NCBI GenBank assembly: GCA_044226625.1
Contig: JBGAGQ010000019.1
Location: forward strand, 31,678 to 95,677
DNA length: 64,000 nt
Direction of reading: 5' to 3'
Source: Thermoanaerobaculia bacterium
Lineage (GTDB): Bacteria > Acidobacteriota > Thermoanaerobaculia > Multivoradales > UBA5704
Below the pieces are notes generated by a model. That model was not told the DNA's origin. It saw only the letters and a program-made list of their open reading frames with translations, and searched no databases. Shown here in pieces: positions 43,380 through 52,405 of this stretch (positions within the stretch are counted from its first letter, which is position 1; the number at the start of each line of letters is the position of its first letter). Both the position numbers and the translations under genes were made by a program.

Positions 43380-44041
43380 CCCGGGCGCGGCTCGCGCCGC
43401 CCCGGATCTACGTCATCGCCGACGTCAAGACGCTCGCGCCGATCTCCCTCGCCGACGGGGCCGAGGCGCTCGCCCAGGCGGGAGTCCTCTGGATCCAGCT
43501 GCGCGCCAAGCCCGCCGGTCTGCTTTCGGCCCGCGATCTCTACGCCGAAGTCGAGTGCGTCTGCCGGCGCCTCGAAGGAAGCGCCACCGAGCTTTGGATC
43601 GATGACCGGGCCGACCTCGCGGCGCTGTTCGCGCCGCGAATCAGCGGCCTCCACCTGGGCCAGGCCGACCTGCCTCCCGCTGCCGCGCGGCGAGCCGTCG
43701 GCGACTCCCTACCGATCGGCCTCTCGACCCACGACGAAGAGCAGGTTCTCGCGGCGGATCGCGAAGCAGAAGTCGACGCCGTAGCGGTCGGCCCGGTGTT
43801 TCCCACCGCGAGCAAAGAGCGCCCCGACCCCGTGGTCGGCCTCTCGTTCGTTCGCCGGGCGCGCGAGGCGACCGCCAAACCTTTGATCGCCATCGGCGGA
43901 ATCACGACAGAAAATGTCACCTCCTTGCTCGAAGCGGGAGCGGATTGCGCCGCGATCCTCGGCGCGGTCTGCCAGGGGCGGAGCGCCGCGGAGATCTCGC
44001 GCCGGGCGCGGGCGTTCCTCGCGGCGACGGAGGGAGCGTGA
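43376..44041 (+). CDS. thiE: Thiamine-phosphate synthase
   Basis: [44 protein letters not shown]; ATGA overlap with accC. Confidence 0.88.
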
Positions 44042-44547
44042 AGATTTACCTGGTCGGTTTCATGGGCGCGGGCAAGACCACGGTGGGGCGCCGCCTAGCC
44101 GAGCGGCTGGGCATCCGCTTCATCGATCTCGATCTAGAGATCGAGCGTGAGACCGGCCTTTCGGTCCGCGAAATTTTCCTGCAACGGGGCGAGCCCGTTT
44201 TCCGCCAATGGGAAAGGGAAGCACTCGAGCGCGCTGCCGCCGGGGACGACGCGGTGATCGCCACCGGGGGAGGTACCTTCGCTTCGTCGGCCAACGCAGA
44301 CCTGATGAAGAGAACCGGCCTCACCGTATGGCTCCATCCGACGTTCGCTACCCTGGCCGCCCGCATCGGTTTCGAAGGGAAAGAGGATCGCCCCCTGTTT
44401 CGCGACGAAACCAGCGCGCTCGCCCTTTATCGGGAGCGGCTCTCGGCCTATCGCGCGGCCGAGCTGACGATCGAGATCGGACCGGAGGAGACTCCGGAAG
44501 AGATCACGGCGCGTATCTTGCTGCGATTACCGCGGCCATCTTATTGA
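44038..44547 (+). CDS. aroK: Shikimate kinase
   Basis: IYLVGFMGAGKTTVG, DLD..IE, GEPVFR..E, ATGGG, RPL; GTG start overlapping the thiE stop. Confidence 0.93.
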   Translation: MKIYLVGFMGAGKTTVGRRLAERLGIRFIDLDLEIERETGLSVREIFLQRGEPVFRQWEREALERAAAGDDAVIATGGGTFASSANADLMKRTGLTVWLHPTFATLAARIGFEGKEDRPLFRDETSALALYRERLSAYRAAELTIEIGPEETPEEITARILLRLPRPSY

Positions 44548-44650
44548 AGGATCTCGATCTTTCCGATTGAGGTACGAATTTAGCCGGCGTGCGCGAGGAA
44601 TCCCGACGCACCGTTTTAGGATGTGGCATCGCAGAAATGAAAGGCTGGGC

Positions 44651-45388
44651 GTGCGCTACCTGATCTTGTCCGACATGCACGGCAATTGGGAGGCTTTCGA
44701 GGCCGTCCTGCGCCGCGCTCGCCGCAAACGTGCCGACGTCATTCTGGTCTTGGGCGATCTGGTCGGGTACGGCGCCGCGCCGAACCAGGTCGTCGAGGCC
44801 GTGCGGGACCTGGGCAAGATCCGGATCGTCCGCGGCAACCACGACAAGGTGGTGGCCGGGATCGATTCGGGCGGCCAGTTCAACGCCAACGCGCTCCAGG
44901 CGGCGATCTGGACCAACCGCCGCCTGACGCCGGCCAATCTGCGCTACATCCGCGACCTGCCCCGCGGGCCGATCGAGGTCGCCGAGGGGGTTTCGATCTG
45001 CCACGGCTCGCCGCTCGACGAGGACACCTACGTGTTCTCCGACCTCGACGCCTGGGAGATCTTCACCAGTTTTCCGTCGCCGATCACCTTTTTCGGCCAC
45101 ACCCATATCCCGTCGATCTTCACCTACGACCGCATGGGGATCGGCGTCCGGGCGCTCAAGGGGACGGGCCGCCTGGAGCTCGATCCGAAGACCCGCTATC
45201 TGATCAACCCGGGATCGATCGGCCAGCCGCGCGACCGCGATCCGCGCGCCGCCTTCATGACCTACGACAGCGAGCGCCGCGTCCTGCGCTGGCATCGGGT
45301 CTCCTACCCGATCGCCCGCGCCCAGGAGCGCATCCGCGAAGCCGGCCTGCCGAACAGCCTCGCCGAGCGGCTGGCCTACGGGGCCTGA
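44651..45388 (+). CDS. Calcineurin-like metallophosphoesterase
   Basis: SDMHGN, LGDLVGYG, RGNHD, HGSP, FGHTH, INPGSIGQPRD. Confidence 0.92.
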   Translation: MRYLILSDMHGNWEAFEAVLRRARRKRADVILVLGDLVGYGAAPNQVVEAVRDLGKIRIVRGNHDKVVAGIDSGGQFNANALQAAIWTNRRLTPANLRYIRDLPRGPIEVAEGVSICHGSPLDEDTYVFSDLDAWEIFTSFPSPITFFGHTHIPSIFTYDRMGIGVRALKGTGRLELDPKTRYLINPGSIGQPRDRDPRAAFMTYDSERRVLRWHRVSYPIARAQERIREAGLPNSLAERLAYGA

Positions 45389-45446
45389 CGGGATCGAAGG
45401 CGGGAAGGGCAAGGGAGAGGCGAAAAGCCTCCCCCGGGAGAATGCC

Positions 45447-47399
45447 CTACTCGACGCCGCGTCGCCGTGGCCAAAGCTCCACTCCCGGGCCGAGCAGCCG
45501 GCCGCAGATCGGTCGCCGCGAGGCGAGCAACCCACCGGGGCTCTCGGCCGAATCGGTGGCGACGCAGATCTGCCGGACCGCGGCGAGCGCCTCGGCAGGC
45601 GAGTTGAAGCGCAGCTCGAACGCGAAGGCGCCCGGCGGGGCCGGGTGTTCGGGCTCGACGAGCGCCGAGGAGAGTGGGGCGCTCGGGACCGAGACGAACA
45701 ACCGCTGGTCGGCGACGAGGTCGCCATACTGCAATCGACCCTCGACCCGCACGCGCTCCTGATCGCGCCGCACACCGGACAGCGCGCCTTCGACGCGCCA
45801 GAATCGAGGCGAGTAAGCGCTCGACGGCATCACGATCACCGACATCTCGCGGCACGGCGGGGCGGCGCACGGGAGCCGCGGCGGATGGAGGTTCAGCCTC
45901 GCGATCGCCCGCCAGCGCTCGCCGCTCCAGAGCGGCCCCTGCGCGATCTTGCGGAGGTCGGCGTAGAGCGCGCGAACGTACCGGTTCTCGATCCGGTTTC
46001 GTCCCTGCCGGAGGGAATCGAGGTAGCCCGCGGGGATCGCCCTCCGGAAGTGCCCGATGCGCCAAGGGCGCTCGGCCGGAAGCCGAGCGAGCAGCGGATC
46101 GCAGAGCGCGTTCTCGTCGACGACGATTCGGTCGAGCCCCGCCTGCATCCCGGTCGCCCCGACCGCGCCGGCGACCGTCACCGAATCGACGAGGGGAGGC
46201 CCGGTCCGGTCGAAACTGGCGAGATGGGCGGCGAGCGAGTTCCCCTTGAAGTAATACCCACGCTCATCGGTGATGCCTGTTTCGCCGGCCGTTCGATGAT
46301 CGTAGGCCGGCCGGTAACCGGCGCCGCTGGTCCAAGGCGAGCCGGGTAGGACGATCGCATAGAGGAGCAGCGCGGCGACCAGGAGCCCGGCGCGGCGTAG
46401 CGGCAAACGCCCGGCGACCTCGAATGCCGCCCAGAGTAGAACCGGCGTAAAGAGCCGCCCTGCCATGAAATCGCCGCCGATCCGGAGGAGGTAGGCGCAG
46501 TAGGCCGCCATGCCGAGCCCCATCCAGACTCCCGGCCGCCGTCGGAACAGAGCGAGACCGGTCCCCCCGATCAGAACGACGAGGGTAAGCGGATCCCACC
46601 GCGCCAGATTCGTCCCGTAGGCGATGCCCTGCTGCCAAAGCTCGGCCGCGGGAACGCCGTTGGCGAGCTTCGCGTACGCGGTGTTCGGAAACGGGAAGCC
46701 GTAGTAGACGATCGCGAACAGGGTCCAGGCGACGAACGGAAGGGCGCCGAGCAGCGCCCGACCGAGCGTCCGGCGCGGCGTCTCAACCGCCGGCCCGAGC
46801 AGCGCCGCGGCGACCGGCGGCCCGATCAGGAGCGCGAGGTCGTGGCGGCAGAGCAAGAGGAGCGCGGTAGTCGCCGCGAGCGCACCCGCGCTCGCCAAGG
46901 GCCGAGCGGGAAACGCCTCGTCCGGCCGCGCTCCGAGCAGCACCAAGAGCAAGGTCAGGAGGGCGAAGACCAGCGGGTTCTCGAGCCCCGACGAGGAGAA
47001 GTCGACGAAGGCTTTGGACGACAGGAGCAGACCCCAGGCGATCAACCAGCGCCGGGGATCGTCGAACAGCCGCCGGGAGAGCCAGAGGGTGACGAGACCC
47101 AGCAGCGCCGAGAGGAAGAGCGCGTTGCCCGCCGTGTCGGCGCTCAGGGTCCGAGCCGCCGAGAGGGCCAGGAACCAGAGCGGATGGGTAAACGCCTGGA
47201 CCCGCTCGTGCGGATTCCAGCGCGGACCGTTTCCGGCGTGGAGCTGCTCGACGCTGCGGAAGGTGATGCGCGCGTCGTCCGAGATCCAGGCGGTCCGGAC
47301 GAACAGGACGACGAACGCCAGGGCCACGAGGAGCGAAACGAAGAGCGCGAGGGCGCGCGCCCCCGCGCTCTCTCCGTTTGGCTCGTGTGGCCCGCTCAA
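45447..47399 (-). CDS. GT-C membrane glycosyltransferase, AftB-like
   Basis: WISDDARITFR...G.GP.WN..ERVQAFTHPLW, SSGLENP, YYGFPFPNTAYAK, GGDFMAGRLF motifs. TTG start just after the ccmF stop is inferred. Confidence 0.75.
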   Translation of the reverse strand: MSGPHEPNGESAGARALALFVSLLVALAFVVLFVRTAWISDDARITFRSVEQLHAGNGPRWNPHERVQAFTHPLWFLALSAARTLSADTAGNALFLSALLGLVTLWLSRRLFDDPRRWLIAWGLLLSSKAFVDFSSSGLENPLVFALLTLLLVLLGARPDEAFPARPLASAGALAATTALLLLCRHDLALLIGPPVAAALLGPAVETPRRTLGRALLGALPFVAWTLFAIVYYGFPFPNTAYAKLANGVPAAELWQQGIAYGTNLARWDPLTLVVLIGGTGLALFRRRPGVWMGLGMAAYCAYLLRIGGDFMAGRLFTPVLLWAAFEVAGRLPLRRAGLLVAALLLYAIVLPGSPWTSGAGYRPAYDHRTAGETGITDERGYYFKGNSLAAHLASFDRTGPPLVDSVTVAGAVGATGMQAGLDRIVVDENALCDPLLARLPAERPWRIGHFRRAIPAGYLDSLRQGRNRIENRYVRALYADLRKIAQGPLWSGERWRAIARLNLHPPRLPCAAPPCREMSVIVMPSSAYSPRFWRVEGALSGVRRDQERVRVEGRLQYGDLVADQRLFVSVPSAPLSSALVEPEHPAPPGAFAFELRFNSPAEALAAVRQICVATDSAESPGGLLASRRPICGRLLGPGVELWPRRRGVE

Positions 47400-47400
47400 C

Positions 47401-49638
47401 TCACGCGGCTCGTTCGGGCAACCGCTCCAACACCCGCGCGTCCCGGAACCGGAGCGCCATCGCCAGGCCGCCACCCCCGAGCATCAGATAGAGGCCGAAC
47501 CAGACCAGGCCGATCAGCGGCTTGGTCGTCACGTCGACCGCCAGGCTCGGCGGATTGCTTACCCCACCGAGCTCGACCTCGACGTGGCCAGCGGAGGCGT
47601 CGATCCGCGAGACCCGGATCGCACCGCCCCCGGGAAGGTCGACGGGTGGCGTTTCGACCTCGCCGCTGCCCGGGCTCAGCCGATAGACCGGCCGCACGGT
47701 GGAGGTCTTGCCGTTCCGGGTGACCGCGAAAATCGTCCCGATGGTGATCTGCTTGCCCGCCGACATCTGGGCGAGCGCGTTGCCGTCGGCGTTCAGGTCG
47801 AACCCCTCGAACTTGACCGTGAGGTCGCCCACCGCGCTCTCCTGCCCCTTCGCGAGCGACAGCTCGGGGCGACCCGGGTCGTACTGGATCGGCGAGACGT
47901 AGAGGTCGGAGGAGAGGGTCTTGCGGATATCGGGGTTCACCATCAGCTGCTGCGTGCGCTGGTTCAGGAACATTCGGGGGAAGAGCTTGTAGCTCTTACC
48001 TCCCGCCTCGACCACCTGGATCTCCATGCGGTCGCGCTGCTCCTCTGCGGTCGGCGGCAGGTAGCGGGTGAAGGTATAGGTTTTCCCGCCGCTCATGACG
48101 GGCTTGCCCTGGACCAGCGTCAGCTTGGTGCTCTCGTCGTAGGCCGACGAGGCGAGGATGCCGAGCAGCATCACGCCGACGCCCGCGTGGGCGAGATAGC
48201 CACCGGCCGCCCGGACCCCGCCGGCGCGCCATTTGGCGACCGTCTTGTGGAGGTTGGAGGCGAGCGCGAGCGCCGAGAACAGGACCAGCGCGATATCCAT
48301 CGCGTCGCGGACCTGCCAGACGACGAAGGCGACCGCGATCACCGTGCCGACGACCAGCGGTACGAGCATTTGGTGGAGCACCCGGCCCACCTCGTCCCCT
48401 TTCCACGTGAGGTAGGGGAGGAAGGTGAGCAGGACCGCGACGGCGATCGCGATCGGCTTGTTGACCAGGTTGTACCACTCGGGTCCAACCTGGCCGACGT
48501 TGGCCTGGAGGCGGGTGAGCAGCGGTGCGGAGGTACCGTAGGTGATGACGAACGCCGAGGCCGAGATCGCGATCGTGGCGAGCACCAGGAAGGTGCCGCG
48601 CGAGAAGATCGGATCCTCGTTGCGTTCGGTAGGTACCTCGCGCCAACGCGTGGCGAGCAGCAGGACCGACAGGCCGATGAAAGCGGTCATCAAGGCGATC
48701 AGCCAACCCGAGATGCCGAGGTCGACGAAGCTGTGGACCGAGAAATCGGCGAGCACGCCCGAACGGGTGAGGAAGGTGCCGTAGAGCACCGACAGGTAGA
48801 CCGCCGCCGCGATCAGGTAGTTGGCCCGCCGATAGCGCTTCTTGGTCCGCTCCATGTGGAGCCCGTGAACCAGGACGGTGAGGCAGAGCCAGGGAATCAG
48901 CGACGCGTTCTCGACCGGATCCCATCCCCAGAAACCGCCCCAGCCGAGGGTCTTGTAGGCCCAGTACCCGCCCATCAGAATCGCGCAGCCGAGCACCAGG
49001 AAGCCGAATAGCGCCCAAGGGTATGCTCGGGCGGCCCAGCCGTCGTAATCCCGTCGCCAGAGGGAAGCCATGGCGAAGGCGAACGGAATCGCGGTGGCCG
49101 CGTAGCCGATGAACATGATCGGCGGGTGGATGACCATCCAATCGTCCTGGAGCAGTGGGTTCAGCCCCTGGCCGTCCGCGGGCGACTGCGAGAGCATGAC
49201 GAACGGGTTCTCGCGCACCAGGATGAAGATCAGGCCCAGCAGCGTCGCGAGGTAGATCACCATCACCGGCGCTTCGCTCTTGCCCGCAGTGCGCTGGACG
49301 AACAGCCCGAGCATCGTCCCCCAGAACAACCAGATCAAGAAGCTCCCCTTCTGGCCCGCCCAGAACGAGGCGAACTGGTAATGCCCGGGAAGATCGAGGC
49401 CCGAGTACTGGAACACGTACTCGACGCGGAAGTCGCGCATCAAGAGGACCAGGATCAGCATCAACGCGGTCATGCCGATCGCGGCGGCGAAGCAGGCATA
49501 GGCGCGACGGCCGAAGGCGATCTCCGCCGCGTCGCCGCGGAGCGCCCGGGAGTAGCCCCAGACGGCGGCGAGCGCGAAGACCAGTGCGGCCCAGATCGAG
49601 ACCGCGCCGGGGAGGTAGAGATGGGTCAGTGCGTTCAC
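47401..49638 (-). CDS. ccmF: Cytochrome c heme lyase CcmF
   Basis: FWAGQKGSFL.W, GLNPLLQ..WM.IHPP, GGYWAY..LGWGGFWGWDPVENASLIPW, GTFLTRSGVL..SVHSF. Confidence 0.96.
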   Translation of the reverse strand: MNALTHLYLPGAVSIWAALVFALAAVWGYSRALRGDAAEIAFGRRAYACFAAAIGMTALMLILVLLMRDFRVEYVFQYSGLDLPGHYQFASFWAGQKGSFLIWLFWGTMLGLFVQRTAGKSEAPVMVIYLATLLGLIFILVRENPFVMLSQSPADGQGLNPLLQDDWMVIHPPIMFIGYAATAIPFAFAMASLWRRDYDGWAARAYPWALFGFLVLGCAILMGGYWAYKTLGWGGFWGWDPVENASLIPWLCLTVLVHGLHMERTKKRYRRANYLIAAAVYLSVLYGTFLTRSGVLADFSVHSFVDLGISGWLIALMTAFIGLSVLLLATRWREVPTERNEDPIFSRGTFLVLATIAISASAFVITYGTSAPLLTRLQANVGQVGPEWYNLVNKPIAIAVAVLLTFLPYLTWKGDEVGRVLHQMLVPLVVGTVIAVAFVVWQVRDAMDIALVLFSALALASNLHKTVAKWRAGGVRAAGGYLAHAGVGVMLLGILASSAYDESTKLTLVQGKPVMSGGKTYTFTRYLPPTAEEQRDRMEIQVVEAGGKSYKLFPRMFLNQRTQQLMVNPDIRKTLSSDLYVSPIQYDPGRPELSLAKGQESAVGDLTVKFEGFDLNADGNALAQMSAGKQITIGTIFAVTRNGKTSTVRPVYRLSPGSGEVETPPVDLPGGGAIRVSRIDASAGHVEVELGGVSNPPSLAVDVTTKPLIGLVWFGLYLMLGGGGLAMALRFRDARVLERLPERAA

Positions 49639-49740
49639 GGTCGAGTCCTCCTTGTCCTTCGGCGCCCTCCCGCCGGCTCCGTTCCGGGGCCGGCGCCGGG
49701 AAACAGACCGCCGAGCTTCGCTCCCGCCCGAATCCTGCGG

Positions 49741-50136
49741 TTAGCTGTACGTCTTCACTTCAGCGCCCTGGTACTTGCTCGGGCACTTGACCAGCAGCTT
49801 GCTCGCCTCGAACTGCTTCGAGACCTCGTCGTAGCGGCCGATCGCGACGACGCTGATCGCGTCGTCGAAATTGCCCGGCCGCACGCCGTGATAGCGCACT
49901 CGCAGCGGTTTCGAGGTGTTGGGCTCCAGGAGCGTGAAGGAAAGCGCCTTCTCGTCGTTCGAGTAATCGGCGCTCCCCTTCTGCAGACCGCCCATCACCT
50001 GCACCATGCGCTGCGAAGAGGTCGCCTGCTCGAAGCTCACGTAGGGCGTGAGGCTCTGCTGGAACGACATCAGCGAGAAGCCGGCGAAGCCGAGCAGCAT
50101 CAGGGCTCCCACGGCGTACCAGAGGTTGCGTTTCAT
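49741..50136 (-). CDS. ccmE: Heme chaperone CcmE (CxxxY variant)
   Basis: TM anchor, Y.GVRP.NF, FEA..LLVKCPSKY. Confidence 0.92.
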   Translation of the reverse strand: MKRNLWYAVGALMLLGFAGFSLMSFQQSLTPYVSFEQATSSQRMVQVMGGLQKGSADYSNDEKALSFTLLEPNTSKPLRVRYHGVRPGNFDDAISVVAIGRYDEVSKQFEASKLLVKCPSKYQGAEVKTYS

Positions 50137-50145
50137 GGCCGTCTC

Positions 50146-50274
50146 CTAGGACTTGCCCGTTCCGCCCGCTTCGAGACCGGCGAGCCGCCGGTCGATGCGT
50201 AGCAGGAAGAGGAAGAGTCCCGTCCAGATGATCAAGTTCACCGCGAAGATCCAGAACAGTCCGCCGAGCTCCAT
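50146..50274 (-). CDS. ccmD: CcmD-family small membrane protein (42 aa; below the ORF-track cutoff)
   Basis: Manual translation MELGGLFWIFAVNLIIWTGLFLFLLRIDRRLAGLEAGGTGKS: single TM helix plus charged tail, between ccmC and ccmE. Confidence 0.8.
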   Translation of the reverse strand: MELGGLFWIFAVNLIIWTGLFLFLLRIDRRLAGLEAGGTGKS

Positions 50275-50318
50275 GGTGTCCCTTTCCCGAATCGAAGGTT
50301 ACTCCGCGCCGGAGCCCG

Positions 50319-51005
50319 TTACGACGGGTCGTCCTCGCGGGCGTCGACGAGCGCTTGGGTGCGCGCGCGCAGGTTGTGAATCCAGAAGAACAGCACCGAG
50401 TAGGCGAGCGCCGAGCCGATCAAGACCGTGAACATCCGCGGATCGACATCGAGCTTGCGCTCCGAATTGAGCACCGGCTCCGGATGGAGCGACTCGGTGA
50501 TCCGCGGCACGATGAAGTAGAAGAACGGCGTCACCACCAGGGCGATCAGGGCGTAGACCGAGGAGATCCTCGCCCGGATCTCCCGATCCGCCATCGCGCT
50601 GCGCAGCGCGAGGTAGGCGCCGTAGAACAGGAGCACGACGACGATCGAGGTCTGGCGCGGGTCCCAGTTCCAGTAGGCGCCCCACTCGATCCGCGCCCAG
50701 AGCGAGCCGGTCACCGTGGCGAGCACGCCGAACAGCACGCCGCATTCCACCGCTGCCGCGGCCGCCCGATCGTGGCGCATCCGACGACCGCCCCAGAGGA
50801 AGCGGGCGCTGTAGATCGCCGCGGTGAAATAGGCGACGAACGAGGTCCAGGCCATGGGCACGTGGAAGAACAGGATCCGGCTCGATTGCCCGACGAAAGC
50901 AGGATCCGACCAGGCGTAGAAGAACGCGCCCCAGATGCAGAGCGACATCCCGAGCCAGAGCACACCGCGAAGTCCGAGCGAGATCGTTCGTGTCATGGGT
51001 TCCAT
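50319..51005 (-). CDS. ccmC: Heme transporter CcmC
   Basis: RILFFHVP.AW, TGSLWAR..WG.YWNWDPRQTS (WWD domain), SLHP. Confidence 0.94.
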   Translation of the reverse strand: MEPMTRTISLGLRGVLWLGMSLCIWGAFFYAWSDPAFVGQSSRILFFHVPMAWTSFVAYFTAAIYSARFLWGGRRMRHDRAAAAAVECGVLFGVLATVTGSLWARIEWGAYWNWDPRQTSIVVVLLFYGAYLALRSAMADREIRARISSVYALIALVVTPFFYFIVPRITESLHPEPVLNSERKLDVDPRMFTVLIGSALAYSVLFFWIHNLRARTQALVDAREDDPS

Positions 51006-51679
51006 ACCGCGGGAAAGAGCATGAGCCCTGCGATGGTGACCGAGCCATCATATAGAAGGAGCTGGGGGAGCGCGGGCCCGGCCGGATCGCCCGCGACGGC
51101 GTTCCGGGTGAGCTCGATCGCGAGCAGCAGGAGCGGCATCAGCACCGGGAAAGCGAGGACCGAAAAGAGCGTGCTGCGGCCGCGCGCCTGGCTCGCCAGC
51201 GCGGCGATCAGGACGCTGCCCGCCGCGAGACCGTAGCCGCCCGCAAACAACGCGACCACCAAAAGCGCGGGCGCCTTCACCTCGAGGCTCATCACGGCGA
51301 GGTAGAGCGGCGCGATCAAGGCCTCGATGCCGAGCAGTAAGCTCACCCCGAAGGCGAGCTTGCCAACGAACAGCGCGGACGGCGGCGCGGCCAAGCGAAG
51401 CGCGGTCGCGGTATGGCTCTCCTCCTCGTGGACGAACGCCCGCGGCAGACCGGCCGCGGCGGCGAACAGGAGGATCAGCCAGAGCATCGCGGGCAGGACG
51501 TTGATCGCGAGCGATTTGTTGGTACCGGCCGGGCCGAGGGCCGCGCTGGTCACGACCAGCGTGGTCACCGCGAACAGGGCGATCGCGTTCAAGGCGTAGC
51601 GGCTGCGCAGCTCGCAGCGCCAGTCCTTCGCGACGACCGCCCGCGCGCTACCGGCCCAGCTCGAGGTGGGAGACGACAC
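50993..51679 (-). CDS. ccmB: Heme exporter permease CcmB
   Basis: KDWRCELRSR, F..EEE..T...L, GK, VLAFPV.MP.L motifs; GTG start inferred. Confidence 0.9.
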   Translation of the reverse strand: MSSPTSSWAGSARAVVAKDWRCELRSRYALNAIALFAVTTLVVTSAALGPAGTNKSLAINVLPAMLWLILLFAAAAGLPRAFVHEEESHTATALRLAAPPSALFVGKLAFGVSLLLGIEALIAPLYLAVMSLEVKAPALLVVALFAGGYGLAAGSVLIAALASQARGRSTLFSVLAFPVLMPLLLLAIELTRNAVAGDPAGPALPQLLLYDGSVTIAGLMLFPAVWNP

Positions 51680-52262
51680 CCGAGACCTCCAGGGAGATCG
51701 GCGTGGCCACGACGACGAGGCCGCCGGCGTCCAGATGCTCGCCGAGCAGGGAACGCAAGGTGTTCTCGCCCTCAAGGTCGAGGTTCTGGAACGGTTCATC
51801 CAATAACAAGGTGCGCGGCCGGGCGAGAAGCGCCCACGCCCAGCGCAGGCGCTGCCGCATTCCGGAGGACAGGGCGCCCGCGAGACGGTCGGCCGGCAGC
51901 CCGACGCGCGCGAGCAACTCGCCCGCCCGGGCGGTCGGCAGGCCGCGCAGGCGAGCGAAGAACTCGAGGTTTTCGCCGGCGGAAAGCTCATCGTAGAAAG
52001 CGAGGTCGGGAGAGACGAAGCCGATCCGCGCGCGTCGCTCGGCGGGCGAGAGGGCGACTCCCTCCTCGACGTGCTCGATCGAGCCGCCGTCCGGCGCGAG
52101 CAGGCCGGCGAGGCAGCGCAGGAGCGTGCTCTTGCCCGAGCCGTTCGCGCCCCGGACGAGCAGCGCCTCGCCGCCGGAGACCCGGCCCGAAGCGGGCTCG
52201 AGCGCGCGCACTCGGCCGAATCGGCGCCGGAGGCCTTCGAACACCAGAGAGACGGAGCTCAT
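51648..52262 (-). CDS. ccmA: Heme exporter ATPase CcmA
   Basis: GANGSGKSTLL, LSSGMRQR, LLLDEPFQNLD; upstream of ccmB. Confidence 0.9.
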   Translation of the reverse strand: MSSVSLVFEGLRRRFGRVRALEPASGRVSGGEALLVRGANGSGKSTLLRCLAGLLAPDGGSIEHVEEGVALSPAERRARIGFVSPDLAFYDELSAGENLEFFARLRGLPTARAGELLARVGLPADRLAGALSSGMRQRLRWAWALLARPRTLLLDEPFQNLDLEGENTLRSLLGEHLDAGGLVVVATPISLEVSGVVSHLELGR

Positions 52263-52405
52263 CGCGAAGGAGTATATGGGGGGCTGGCGCGAGCGACACC
52301 GCCCACCGGGGCAGGAGACCCGCGCCTCCGGCCTCGCATTTGGAGAGGAACCTGGTAACATCGGGGTTTCGAGCAGTAGCTGCCTATCGAAGAAGGAGCT
52401 GAATC

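Noticed and set aside
44548-44650. Possible tRNA or structured ncRNA in the aroK-phosphoesterase gap (also checked 27785-27907, 39466-39607, 59495-59622)
   Set aside because: No cloverleaf, T-loop GTTCRA or recognisable riboswitch consensus seen by eye.
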